From the NCBI RefSeq assembly GCF_964355755.1, contig NC_092671.1, positions 40,806,304-40,870,303 on the forward strand: a stretch of 64,000 bases of DNA. The letters are read 5' to 3'. Under the pieces are notes generated by a model that saw nothing but the letters and a program-made list of their open reading frames with translations, was not told where the DNA came from and searched no databases. Position numbers and translations under genes: made by a program. This DNA comes from Antedon mediterranea. Lineage: Eukaryota; Animalia; Echinodermata. Below, piece after piece: positions 24,103 through 39,100 of this stretch (position 1 is its first letter; every line of letters begins with the position of its first letter).

Positions 24103-27100
24103 ATGAGTTCTCGGAATTCACTGAGAAGTCGAGATGGTGGAAGACCATTTTCTGCTAATAGAACTCAAATTCCACCTGATAAAAAAGATGATGCAGTCTG
24201 TTATCCAGAAATCAAGCAGAGGGGATATTATTCTGATATCCTTGAACGCAGTGCAGAAGAAAAACTAAAGGTAAACTAATTTCACACTGAACTATAATTG
24301 CATACTGATACTAGAAATAATGGAAATTATCATAATTATACATCATAGTCATACATGAAGTTAAAAAAAAACATGGGAAGTTTGTTTTAGGTCAACAGCG
24401 CCCACTATTTACTGTTATCGGAGTGCAGCTGTGACATCAAAACTGCGATCTTGTGGCTATAATTCCCTTCCTGTTTGTTTTTAAAAATAAATTTTGACCT
24501 CAAATGGTTGTACAATTCTTAAATAACGTAAATTCGCTTTATGTAAGCTGAAGAGGCAATGTGGAAAACCGAGAGCTATTATTAGGCTGGGAGACAAGTT
24601 TAAAAATGGCAGTCTTCTGGCCAAACGGGATTGTTTGCATGTATGATACATTGACACCTAATTCAATTGATTTGTTAATATATTTCCAATTTTGAGTAAT
24701 GGTAATAGATATAAGCCATTAATAATGTTTCCTCTTTATAGGACATCTACTCTGGTCCACATACGGAACAGGATACATTATGGAACTTATCAAAAGAAAA
24801 GCATATTCCTGCAGTCACAACATTTGTAGGTGATTTGAACTTCAATGAAGCTCTCAACAGACAAGTATATGGACCTACAAGTCAAATCACAACAGAATCT
24901 GTAATTATGTTACTTTACTTTTAACGAAGGTTTAAATCATTGGTTTATTTGTCAATAGCTATTTGTCACCATGGAAATAAGGGATAAGTAGATAATAATT
25001 TCTGTTGATATTGTTTTTATTTATTTTATGTTGGAATGTAAATATTTAACATTTTAATCATCTTCAAACTGTTACAGGATTTTCCAGAAAACTCGTACCT
25101 ACCAAAAGTCCAACTTCCATATTTTGTTCCACCTGGACACTGTCCTCGTAAAATTGAAATTGAAAGACGTAAACGCCTCTACCAGAGTCAGGACTTGGAA
25201 GATATCTTAGAAAAACTCAATATTGAAACAGAATTGTTGATGCCTAAACAACTTGGAGAAAATTTCAAAGTTACATTGAATGAAAACTGTGGTGAAGATG
25301 CAGCCCCATTTCCAGCATTTCTTCCATTGGATATATTCACAGACATGGAGTTTGATTGTAGAACACCTGATGAGTGGTTAGATATGGGTGTTGTAAATGG
25401 ACACAGACTACCTATTCCTGCCAAAGCATTACTACCAGCATGGGATTCAACTGAAAAATGTAAGACTATACACTTTATACACTAATATAAGCTTATAGTT
25501 AATGCATATACCTGTAAAGTCTCACTGTATATCTTTAATTAAGGTATGTTTTAAAATGTTTCATTTATTGTAGTGGATCCCAAAGACCCTAGTTTGGAGT
25601 ATGAGTGGTTTGATGTAGGTGTTTTGGACTATGACCAAGATGAAAGCTTATGGTTGGTCCAGAAAACTGACCTTAATGGACGGATTCTTGATCACGACGA
25701 CAGTCAGGTGGTTGTTAATGGTGGAGTTAAGAATGGCATAAGACAACCGATTCAAGCGACTCAGTACTGGATTCCACGAATACAAGTTATGTTTATTGCA
25801 GAAGATCCAGCAGTATTTGCACAGACTGTTTCGCAAGCCTTCCATGATAGAAGACATACTGAAGCGTTGCTGAGGTATCACTTGTATGTGGACTGTATGC
25901 CTATGGATGGTGTAGGAGAACTAGACTCAGAGAGCTTGAAACGAGTTGTTGGTTGGGCTAAGGGTGCACCATCACTTGCTAAAGATAAGAAGTAAGTGAT
26001 CATAAATAAAAAACACTAGAAAAACTTACACCTCAAAAACAGTATGGAACATATACAATAATTGTTTTCTTATATATTGACTTTGACTCAATTTTTGTTT
26101 TGGAAGGTTTAATAAAATGCACAGTGGTCGTAATTGTATTTTACATGTGTCTGTTGCTATGATTACACACTTATTTTACCATGTGTTTGTTTATAGTCTT
26201 GATGATTACGTTCATACATTAGAGAAGGAAGTAAATATTGACTATGCACGAGCAATGAATAGAATCATCTTTGACAAGATAGTACAATCCAGTCCTGGTA
26301 CATTTGCTTATGTCACAATCCCAGTCAAAGATAAAGAGCATATACCAGACACAGGTATTCACACAAGTTTTTGAATAATAAAATACTAAACTAACTAACA
26401 ATTATTTGTAACACTGTTAAGAACCTCTAATTTCCTGCTTTAAATGCTTATAATAATTTATTTTGAAGGCTATTATGGGGATGTACCTGATTACCCATTT
26501 GATGAACAGTATGATAGCTTTGCATTTAACTCGTTGTTAACAAGAGAAGAAGCAATTTTTGCAATGATGAAAGTCAGAACAGAATGTAACAAAGTGTCAG
26601 CAATGTCATTGTTTCATGTTCCAATGGCAAAGCATTTGAGGATAGAGGAGTTTGAACAAACTCAGAGTTCACAAACTTCACAGGTTAGTCAATTTCCTTA
26701 TTTAAAAAAAATAAAAAAACATTCTTCCAATTATATTATTGATCATTATTATTATTTATTAAATTTAGTATTTTATTTCTATATGTTTCAGGTTCAACTA
26801 TTTCTGAAAGATAGTTGGATCTCAACCTTACGTGCTGCCATCCGCACAAGCCTACGTGATGTAGGTAAAGGCTGGTTCAACCTGCACGAAACAAATTGGG
26901 AAGTCTATCAAAAATCAAAACTTAAAAAGTTTATGGAGATGGTCAAGTTCTGTATGCAGGTAATTCCATTCAATGTAGTACACTAGCAATACTTGTTGTA
27001 CATAAACAAACTTGGATGTTTGATTTGTAAAGATTACTGTAACATGTTGTATTTAATTGTTTAGGACTCGATGCGTTATCTGGTTCAGGATTCACTTGTC

Positions 27101-30100
27101 AATTTTACACAAATGATTATTGATGCATGTTATTCAGTGCTTGAATGTCAAGACACAATGGATTGGGGCAATAAATTAATTGTAAGCCCATATAGGTAAG
27201 TTAAACAAAAAATTACTTTGAAATCTTAAAGCATGGTTAGTTTAATTGTTAATTGAAAGATATAAAAATGGAAATTTTGTTTTATGTTATTAGGCCCAAA
27301 CGCAACTGTCTGTTCCTGGTAGATCTGATTTTAGATTCAACTGGTTGCCACTACAGTACACCTCTTCCCAGTTTTGAATCTATGCTTGTGTCACTATTCG
27401 ACCGTGGAATTGGAGCAACACAACATGTCCCTCAGTTAGAGAAGGTTTTTAGCATTTTTATTTTCTATTTTAATTGCAATCATTTTTACAACCATATTAA
27501 AAACCTACACCAACAATTAATTTAATGTTTATATGTAATAATCTAATAATCTGCATGTTGGGCAAGGCATAATCAAAAGTGCAAAAGCTCAAATTGTATT
27601 TGTGCTTTTATTGCAAATGGATTACTATTTTGTTCTTCTCTATTATGGTACTCCATTAATCATTGTTTAATCTTACACTTTATGTAGTATGTACTGGAAG
27701 ACATCTTTTGGGCAGATACTCCACTATTAGAATCTGTAGGTGAACACGAACCGAGAGTTGAAGAGTTAAGAGAAAACATTCGTAATGCAATCCGCAAGGC
27801 TTTGATTCCAATGAAGGCTTATTCCAAGGCTTATGAAAAACATATGCAGCTCATGAATCTGGACATTGATGAATACATCAAGTATGTCTTGTTTCTTTCT
27901 GGAAAATAATCGTTAATTATGCTTTCACATAATAAATAGATAAAGTAATAATATAATAATTGATGTTAATGTTTTTGAATTGACATTAAAATGATTGTAT
28001 TATATACAAAATAGGGAATATGATTCAAAGGAACATACTGCTGCAGAAGTGAAAAAAGAAATTGAGGATCACTTGGTTCAAAAAGAGATTCTAGAAAACA
28101 CGATACCAAGTAACATTATCATTGGGCCATTCTACATCAACACTGAGAGTGTTCGTCAAGGTCTTTCCAAAAAGCGTAGGGCATTAGCTAATGCTTTACT
28201 TGAACTACTTGCACAGAAACTGAGAAAACAAGCTGAAGATGTAAGTTTATTGAAACTAAATAACCATTATTCATATTTGGTTTCTCAAAATAATCAATTG
28301 AAAATGTTCTTTGGAGGTTTACAAAATTGTATTGTATAATAATAATATTAATGTGCCTTTGCTAAGTTGAAATCAATGTTTTTCTTTGTAGGCTTGTGAA
28401 GAATTTAAGTCAATCTCTCGTCGTCTTTATGACAGACCAAACTGCATTGAAGATTTAGCAGAAAGTAAAGAATGGATGGAGTCAATCCCAGAGAGGTTGA
28501 AAGAACATCAAGAAGTCATTGACAAAGCTATGACAGATTATGAACTGATTGAAGAGTTTTGCTATAATTTATCAACAGATGATTTTAATCTTAAGTAAGT
28601 GGTTTATTAAACAAATTGAGAGAATACAGTAATGACTGTTTTTTGTTTTGATTTTGACAAACTTGTATAAGCAAAACGTTAACTTTGCTAAGATAAAATA
28701 AAAGAAACACCCAAACACCAATTGATCAATCAATAATAATAAAAATCTCTAATTACATGACATATTTATTCAAATTATGTATTCCTTTAATTGTGCAGGT
28801 GGAGTGCCATAGGCTGGCCTCGAAAGATTGAAATCCAAATGGAGCAGACACTTCAACAACTGGAAGAAGATCAAGAACGTTTCCAAAAGATCCAAGTGAC
28901 GGACCAGAACAATTTCCAAGACAGACTTGATGCACTTCAGGTTGAATTTCCAAACAAAACTTTGCTTTTCCACAATTTCAGCAAACCAGTCAACATTCTT
29001 TATTATTTTCATTCTTGTTTTGATCTGTTACTATACCTTAACATATTCTTTTATTTTCAATATTACCTTTATCTATCATGATTCACATTTTATTTATTCT
29101 ATTCTTTATTATTTTCATTCTTTTTCTGTTACCTTTATCTACCATTTATTAAAGTTATTTTAGCCTATTCTATTTCATTCTTATTCTGTTACCTTTATAT
29201 ATCATGTTTAATTCTAGCCTATTCTATTTCATTCTTATTCATGTTTCATTTTTTATTTTAGCCTATTCTATTTCATTGTTATTCTGTTACCTTTATATAT
29301 CATGTTTAATTCTAGCCTATTCTATTTCATTCTTATCATTCATGTTTCATTTTTTATTTTAGCCTATTCTATTTCATTCTTATTCTGTTACCTTATTCTT
29401 CATCCATTTTAAAGTTATTTTAGCCTATTCTATTTCATTCTTATTCTGTTACCTTATTCTTCATCCATTTTAAAGTTATTTTAGCCTATTCTATTTCATT
29501 CTTATTCTGTTACCTTATTCTTCATCCATTTTAAAGTTATTTTAGCCTATTCTATTTCATTGTTATTCTGTTACCTTTATATATCATGTTTAATTCTAGC
29601 CTATTCTATTTCATTCTTATCATTCATGTTTCATTTTTTATTTTAGCCTATTCTATTTCATTCTTATTCTGTTACCTTATTCTTCATCCATTTTAAAGTT
29701 ATTTTAGCCTATTCTTTTATCACTATTTTTGAGAAGCGTTTACTGGTTTGTTGATATGGTTGTGGTTCATTTATCATTGCAAAGTATTGCTGGGAAACTC
29801 ATGCATTTTAACCACCCTTGCAATGCTCCATTTTCATACTTTCCAAACTATACTCTTCTTGTTTGTGTTGTTTTTATTTATGGTAGTAATGTTCTGTTCT
29901 AATGTGTGCTTTTTAATGTTTTATGTTGCATGTATACTATTCTCTCTCATTTCATCCAGTTGCTAATTTATCATACATAATCACTTTGCTAAAATACAAC
30001 AAATCATACCATATTAACTTGCATAACATAGATTGATGGCAAGTGTTGGGAACATCCATTTGTAAACACATAAATTTCATTCATATTTATTTTATATTAT

Positions 30101-33100
30101 TATGATCATCAAGTAGAACCGCTTTTATTCAATAAAACAAAAGGCAAACTGTACAGAAAACAATAATAGGCCACATGCTTACCTTAAGCAAGGATTAGCT
30201 AAAGAGGCATGGCAATAATGATAAAACAAATTTGATATCAAAAATATATTCCATCAGAACAAAATTGTAAAGACTTCATCTTAATTGATTCAACTTCAAC
30301 TAAAATATTTAAAGTAAACAGTACAAATAGCAAATAGCATTAAATCAACAAGGATGGTTTTTTGTTTCTAGTCCAATTGGTTTTTGTAAACTTTTCTTTC
30401 TGCTCTTAAACTTGACAAGGGTTGTTAAAATATTGGTGCTTCTATGTGCACATTCACATGTTGTGTACTATTACACATGAATTTGTTTGTGTATGTCCAC
30501 ATAGAATGGAATTTGTTGCTGCTCGCTCTCATGGAAACATAAGTTACACTAATTGCTTTTAAGACTAACATTGTAATACATTTATTGTAATTGGTATGGA
30601 AATCATAGCAAATATTTACAGTAATTTTGTCATTTTGTTTATGATTATCATCATATTAATGCTTTTGTGAATTATTCTGATGAATCATTGGTTTATGAAT
30701 TGTTACACCATTCTTGTATAACATTGTTTGAGATGTAATTTAGATGGTAGTTGCTGGTTTTGCTGCTCATACTGACCTTGAAAGATCACATGAAATAGCG
30801 AATGAAGTACGCAGACTGACAAAGCAGTTAAAAGAATGTCAAGGGTTGTCTACTATGTACAACAACAGAGAGCGACTCTTTGAAATGCCTCAAACTAATG
30901 TAAGTACAAGATTCTATGTACAACAACAGAGAGCGACTCTTTGAAATGCCTCAAACTAATGTAAGTACAAGATACTATGTACAACAACAGAGAGCGACTC
31001 TTTGAAATGCCTCAAACTAATGTAAGTACAAGATACTATGTACAACAACAGAGAGCGACTCTTTGAAATGCCTCAAACTAATGTAAGTACAAGATACTAT
31101 GTACAACAACAGAGAGCAACTCTTTGAAATGCCTCAAACTAATGTAAGTACAAGATACTATGTACAACAACAGAGAGCGACTCTTTGAAATGCCTCAAAC
31201 TAATGTAAGTACAAGATACTATGTACAACAACAGAGAGCGACTCTTTGAAATGCCTCAAACTAATGTAAGTACAAGATACTATGTACAACAACAGAGAGC
31301 GACTCTTTGAAATGCCTCAAACTAATGTAAGTACAAGATACTATGTACAACAACAGAGAGCAACTCTTTGAAATGCCTCAAACTAATGTAAGTACAAGAT
31401 ACTATGTACAACAACAGAGAGCGACTCTTTGAAATGCCTCAAACTAATGTAAGTACAAGATTCTATGTACAACAACAGAGAGCGACTCTTTGAAATGCCT
31501 CAAACTAATGTAAGTACAAGATACTATGTACAACAACAGAGAGCGACTCTTTGAAATGCCTCAAACTAATGTAAGTACAAGATACTATGTACAACAACAG
31601 AGAGCGACTCTTTGAAATGCCTCAAACTAATGTAAGTACAAGATACTATGTACAACAACAGAGAGCAACTCTTTGAAATGCCTCAAACTAATGTAAGTAC
31701 AAGATACTATGTACAACAACAGAGAGCGACTCTTTGAAATGCCTCAAACTAATGTAAGTACAAGATACTATGTACAACAACAGAGAGCAACTCTTTGAAA
31801 TGCCTCAAACTAATGTAAGTACAAGATACTATGTACAACAACAGAGAGCGACTCTTTGAAATGCCTCAAACTAATGTAAGTACAAGATACTATGTACAAC
31901 AACACAGAGCGACTCTTTGAAATGCCTCAAACTAATGTAAGTACAAGATACTATGTACAACAACAGAGAGCGACTCTTTGAAATGCCTCAAACTAATGTA
32001 AGTACAAGATTCTTGTAACCTGTTACTCTGAATGTGCAGGTAGTTACTTACTGTGAGTACTTTTCTCAAATCATTTATTGTCTTTATTTAAGTTTTCAAC
32101 TTGAATATTTAGACAAAATTAGGCTATCAACCAAAATAAGTATTTCTTGAATTTGGGTAGCAACCTATTTAACTCGTCGTGACAGAGTCAAAACATCATC
32201 CTTAAATCTTCAGGTCAAATTATTGTTTTTATTTATAATATTGCATATTTTACATGTTTAAATTCATTTTATTTTAGTATGATAAATTATCGAAGCTTAT
32301 CAAAGATTTTGAGCCCTTCAAAAACCTTTGGATGACAGGCTCTGATTGGTTGAAATGGTATGATAGTTGGATGAATGATCCAATTACAAGTATTGATTCT
32401 GAGCAGTGTGAGAAACAAGTCATGGACTCTTTTAAAACAATGCATAAATGTGTAAAGATCTTCAAAGACATACCTGGTAAGTCAAATGAACAGAAGGAAC
32501 ATATAGTATGTTGTACGTCACCTAGCCATTTGTAAGCATTGGTTGCATTACTTTTCAAAAGAACAAGGCCAACAGCCATAAGTCGCGTGCTAAAACGCAT
32601 AGTGATACCGGACCGACCGACCGACATAGTGAACTATAAACGCTACTAAAAACAGCATTTGGAAATGAAATGTGACCAATAAAAAGATCACAACCAAAGC
32701 AGTCTTTTTTGTACAGTGTTTATTGAGATATAACTGTAAAAGTAGAGGAGAATAATGGCAAATATTTGAAAAGAATATGCTTTTTTTAGGTGTTCAGTTA
32801 ATAGCACAGAAGATTCGGAGTGATATAGATGACTTCAAGCCATTTATTCCACTAATCCAAGGACTTCGTAACCCTGGTATGCGTAGTAGACATTGGGAAC
32901 TACTGTCTGGAGAACTTGGATTTAAGATTATCCCAAAGGCATCATTGACATTCAAGAAATGTTTAGACATGAACCTTCAACAACACATTGAAAAGATTTC
33001 AAAAGTTGCAGAGGTTGCTGGCAAAGAATACTCCATTGAACAGGTTAGTCTTTTACGTTTAGTGTATCATTTGTTATTGCATATTGTTATTGCATATTGT

Positions 33101-36100
33101 TATTGCATATTGTTCAAGTTATAATTCCAGGAAATATTTATAATATATAGAAAATATGTACATATAACCTATTAATTTTTAAACTGTATTAAAGAAGTTG
33201 ATGTTTTTTATGCTGTAATTCAAGGTGGAAATTGACGTATTAAAATCCCCAATTATTATGAATAAATTTATTTGCATTTAATGTACTGTAGGCCTTAGAT
33301 AAGATGGAATCTGAATGGAAACCAGTCTTATTTGAGATAATGGAATACAAAGACACTGGTACATTTATAATGAAAGGTTCTGATGAATGTACACAACTAT
33401 TAGATGATCATATTGTAATGACTCAAAGTATGTCATTCTCACCTTACAAGAAACCCTTTGAAGACAGAATTAACACATGGGAGTCCAAACTCAGGATGAC
33501 ACAGGTATGATGATTTTCAGCCGTTAGCATACAGTATATTCTTTTATGCGTATTGTACACTACAGGCAGAAGTGAATTTGATGAAACACTTATTCCTCTA
33601 ATTGTTCTATTACCAAAGTTTGCATTGCAGATAGTGTATGTTCCTCATGTCAGCCTTTGTCTAAAACACTTTAGTTTATTAAACACAGTATGTTTCTAAA
33701 AACGAAAATATGTACTCATGTTGTTTGTAATCAAGTTGTTTTTTAGTTATCCGCTTAGTAGCGGATAACTCCTTGTAACTGTATGAAATCATCTTTTTTT
33801 TTTTTTTTTTTTTTTTTTCTGTATTATTCTTTCTTTCTGTCAATTTTGTGTCTCGCGTATCTCAAAAACTTGTAAACAAAACATTTTATAACTTTGTCAA
33901 CATGTGGGCATTCACGTGAAATTGTGCACCTCCTATTGTGAATGACGTCATAATTGCGCAAGGTGATTTACGCGCGTTTTAACGAATTTCGCGTAATTAA
34001 CATAGATCGAAAACCATATAGCAATTTAAATTGAAACTTAACAAAAGTTTAATTTATATCTTGCGCTAACTGACTGTGGAAAAAAAATGGCATGTTTCAC
34101 AAGAAGTTACACGCGCACGGGCGTTTAAAATTTCAAAATGCGAAAAATCAATTTCTAATCAACTTTCTACGCGTTTCATGTCATTTTGAGCATGTCAAAA
34201 ATTCCCACGCGCGCGCATATTTTTACTCGCACGGTCCGCACGTAGCGTTGAAAATAATTTTTTTTCGCTTGATTCATGTTTTTCCAGCTTTTTCTGGTAA
34301 TTTTACCAACTTTTTAACAATTTTGACCTAAAATTACGTCATACGGGCACATCCAATTGGATAATTTACGTGCGTTTTTGATGAAAAAGTTTAAAAATTT
34401 GTCAAAATTCGTCAAAATTATGCCTTTTTTTAAACATTCATAGATTCTAAACTACGAGGTGAACTTTTTTTAAATTATATATTCTGGAAGTTGATGAGTT
34501 GTAGATATGGAATCATGCATTAATATGGCTAATCGGACATTATAACGTCATCGTATGGCCACGCGAATATAAAATATAGGATTTTTATATCTTTCGTCAT
34601 AGCGCATCACATTTAATAGAGCGCATCTCCACTTATCCGTTTTTTATTTTCACCCCGATTTTGATATTGTCTAGGTGAATGAACTATCTTTCGCATGAGT
34701 TAAAAATATTTTAATTTTTATGACGTCATCATGTCGAAAATTGTAAATAACGTGGGTCACTTATTTTCATCTTTACAGTAAATTTCAATCTGTTATAGCT
34801 CATCAGAATAAAAAGTGATAATCATGATTAAAACGTTTTCTGGAAGCTATGGGATTGTAGATACGAATTCATGTAAACATTTTGCCAATCGGATGTTGTG
34901 ACGTCATCATATGGCCAGTTGAATAAAAAAAGTTGTATTTTCATATTTTGCGTAATAGTTCATCACATTTAAAAGGGTGCGCATCTATATTTTACGTATT
35001 CAAATTTCTTCTACACGTTAATATGTTGTTCCTAAGATAATTTCCTTCTGAAATTGCTATCTAAGTGTTTCATTTTGATACCGTCGCCATGTTAAAAATT
35101 GGAATAAATGGCGGGTCCCGTAATTTCACCTTTTCTACACTGTATGTAATATGTATGCAGATTATACTGTAGTGTTTGCATGTATACTATATGACACAAA
35201 ATTGACAGAATTCAGCACTAACAGCATATCATATTCTTCAGTTCTTGTCATAATGCCATAATCTTTATCTGTGTGCAATATTCCAACGTATGACGTGCAC
35301 GTGGCGTTTGTCGTGGTGCGGATAACTAACTCGTCAAAGTGACGAGTTTCATGTCTAGTTTTTATTTATTATTATAATTATATATATATATATATATAGG
35401 ATGTATTAGATGAGTGGTTACTGTGTCAAAGGTCATGGTTATATTTAGAGCCAATCTTCAGTTCAGATGATATAAATCGTCAGTTACCAGTGGAAGGTAA
35501 ACGATATCAGACAATGGACAGAATGTGGAGAAGGATTATGAAAAGTGCAAAAGAAAACCCACAGGTGAATTATAGGGAGTATGCTTTTAAATCATACTTT
35601 GTAGTTAGTGACTGCTTAATAGAAAAACTGTGTAAACTGATCAAATTTGTCTCTTCTTCTAGATTACATTTAAACTTTGTTATCCAACCATAGGAAAACT
35701 CTGTTGGCCTATCAAATGTGCACACATAAAATAAATAAGAAATTACATTTAAACGTTGTTATCCAACCATAGGAAAACTCTGTTGGCCTATCAAATGTGC
35801 ACAAATAAAATAAATAAGAAATTACATTTAAACTTTGTTATCCAACCATAGGAAAACTCTGTTGGCCTATCAAATGTGCACACATAAAATAAATAAGAAA
35901 TTACATTTAAACTTTGTTATCCAACCATAGGAAAACTCTGTTGGCCTATCAAATGTGCACACATAAAATAAATAAGAAATTACATTTAAACTTTGTTATC
36001 CAACCATAGGAAAACTCTGTTGGCCTATAAAATGTGCACATAAAATAAATAAGAAATTACATTTAAACTTTGTTATCCAACCATAGGAAAACTCTGTTGG

Positions 36101-39100
36101 CCTATCAAATGTGCACACATAAAATAAATAAGAAATTACATTTAAACTTTGTTATCCAACCATAGGAAAACTCTGTTGGCCTATCAAATGTGCACACATA
36201 AAATAAATAAGAAATTACATTTAAACGTTGTTATCCAACCATAGGAAAACTCTGTTGGCCTATCAAATGTGCACACATAAAATAAATAAGAAATTACATT
36301 TAAACTTTGTAATATTACAACCATAGGAAAACTCTGTTGGCCTATCAAATGTGCGCACATAAAATAAATAAGAAATTACATTTAAACTTTGTTATCCAAC
36401 CATAGGAAAACTCTGTTGGCCTATCAAATGTGCACATAAAATAAATAAGAAATTACATTTAAACTTTGTTATCCAACCATAGGAAAACTCTATTGGCCTA
36501 TCAAATGTGCACACATAAAATAAATAAGAAATTACATTTAAACTTTGTTATCCAACCATAGGAAAACTCTGTTGGCCTATCAAATGTGCACACATAAAAT
36601 AAATAAGAAATTACATTTAAACGTTGTTATCCAACCATAGGAAAACTCTGTTGGCCTATCAAATGTGCACACATAAAATAAATAAGAAATATAACATTTA
36701 CAAAGAATGATAATAAGATGTATGTCACAATTAAATATTACAATATTTGTATACAGTATATACAATTTAATAATGGTCAAAAATTTCATTTAATTTCATT
36801 CCTGTAGGTTATCTCTCTGTGTCCAGATGCTAGACTGTTAGAAAACCTTAAAGAATGCAACAAACTTCTTGATCAAGTTCAAAAGGGATTAAGTGAATAC
36901 TTAGAGACTAAGCGTGCATCATTCCCAAGATTCTACTTCCTGTCTGATGATGAATTGTTAGAGATTCTTTCTCAGACTAAAGATCCAACAGCAGTTCAGC
37001 CGCATTTGAGGAAATGTTTTGAGAACATTGCTAGGGTGAGCATTTCCAAACAATCTGTATTTATATATATATATACACTAAAAAATGTAATAATTCTAGT
37101 AATGAGCGAAAATAAGATATTTGTTTTTTATTCACAAATAAAGTGTTTTATTTAAATATTTGTTACAGCTTCGTTTTGAAGATGATTTAAAGATAACTCA
37201 AATGTTCTCTGGAGAAGGTGAAATGGTACCATTCTGTGAAACACTCTATCCAAATGGAAATGTAGAGGATTGGCTACTAGAAGTTGAACGGGTAATGAAA
37301 GAAAGTTTAAAGAATGTTCTTGGAGAATCCATTGTCAAATACCCAGAGGTGAGCACAATTACAATATAGTATAGTATAATAATAGTATTTTAGTTAGAAG
37401 GGAAAGGAGAACACATAATGGCTTTGAAACAGAAAGGTGGCTCTTTAAAGTTCAATCAGTGAATATTCTGTTTATTATACAGGAAAAAAGAACTGATTGG
37501 GTTCTTGCATGGCCAGGGCAGATTGTGATTGCTGGTTGCCAGGTGTACTGGACACAAATGGTGGAAAATGCTATCAAAACAAGTACACTCAAAGATCTTC
37601 ATGAAGTCCTAAAGGAACAGGTAAGATTAAGTTTTTAATATAATTTTCACTGTAAATATATGAAATCTTTGCAATTTGTATATGCAAGTTGTGTATTATG
37701 TTTTCATAGATCAATGATTTGGTGAGTCTAGTGCGTGGTAAACTGTCCAAACTTGCTCGTATGATGATGTCAGCTTTGATTGTAATAGAAGTGCATGCTA
37801 GAGACGTAGTTGGCAATATGTGTTTAGAAGGTGTCAGCAACCTTAATGACTTTGAATGGATTAGTCAGCTCAGGTAATCAATATTACAATAATCACAATA
37901 ATCATCAATATCATCAAAGTAGCATCTAATAATTTGCAATTTAATCTTTTTTCTGATATAAGTTTCAAATTGTATTGAGCAAGAATATCCTTTGGCCCCT
38001 TTTTCTCAAAACCTCTCTGGACTTGAAGTCAAATTGTAATAATATCATTGTCATGATCTGTGTGTACTGAAAGATGACCATTCTATTTCCTATCTAATAA
38101 AAGGTCAAACTTTGAAACTTTCTTTTAAACAATTATACACTCCCTCTATTCTGTAAAGAAACTGGGGTTATGGAGTGTCTAGACTTGCTTATTATTTCTT
38201 CATAAAAAAAAACAAATTTAAAATGAATAATGACATTTTTGGTGTATAAAATCAAAGACAGCTTAACATTGTTATTGTAGGTATTATTGGATTGACAATA
38301 ATTTGTATGTACGTGCAGTTAATGCTGAATTTGAATATGGCTATGAGTATCTTGGAAACTCTGGTCGGTTGGTAATTACTCCACTAACAGATCGATGCTA
38401 TTTAACACTTACTGGTGCACTTCATCTTAAATTTGGTGGAGCGCCAGCAGGTCCAGCTGGCACAGGAAAAACTGAAACAACTAAGGTACTGTATGATAAC
38501 ACACTTTAAACTAAATTAACAATAAAATTATGTTTTCTCATTTAAATGATATTAGACTACTTAAATTGCCAGGTAAAGCTGTATGGTTTGTCAGATTTTT
38601 CTTGAAGTTCATTTTTATATATTTTTATTACTACAATGTGCCAATGAAAGTCAAATTTTCTATTGTTTTTGACAAATAACATTTTACTGTAGCCATGAAA
38701 CTATAGTTTAACTTTTGATTCATGTGCTTGTTTTAGGATCTTGGAAAAGCCCTGGCCATTCAAACAGTTGTTAACCCTAACCCTAACCCTTTTGATTCAT
38801 GTGCATGTTTTAGGATCTTGGAAAAGCCCTGGCCATTCAAACAGTTGTTAACCCTAACCCTAACCCTTTTGATTCATGTGCTTGTTTTAGGATCTTGGAA
38901 AAGCCCTGGCCATTCAAACAGTTGTTTTTAACTGTTCTGACCAACTAGATTTTATGGCTATGGGAAAATTCTTGAAAGGTCTTGCTAGTTCTGGTGCCTG
39001 GGCTTGCTTTGATGAATTCAATCGGATTGATATTGAAGTTTTGTCTGTAGTAGCTCAGCAAATTACTACCATCCAAAAGGCTCAGCAACAAAAGGTACAT

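Noticed and set aside
24349-24646. Short inverted tcatacatg/catgtatga pair suggesting a MITE
   Set aside because: Only 9 bp, no clear TSD; compatible with chance
28941-30743. Group II intron interpretation of the structured intron
   Set aside because: Ends are GT..AG not GUGYG..AY, and no catalytic domain V is visible
30851-32011. CRISPR-like appearance of the regular arrays
   Set aside because: Eukaryotic locus; units are wholly repeated with no unique spacers and no cas genes
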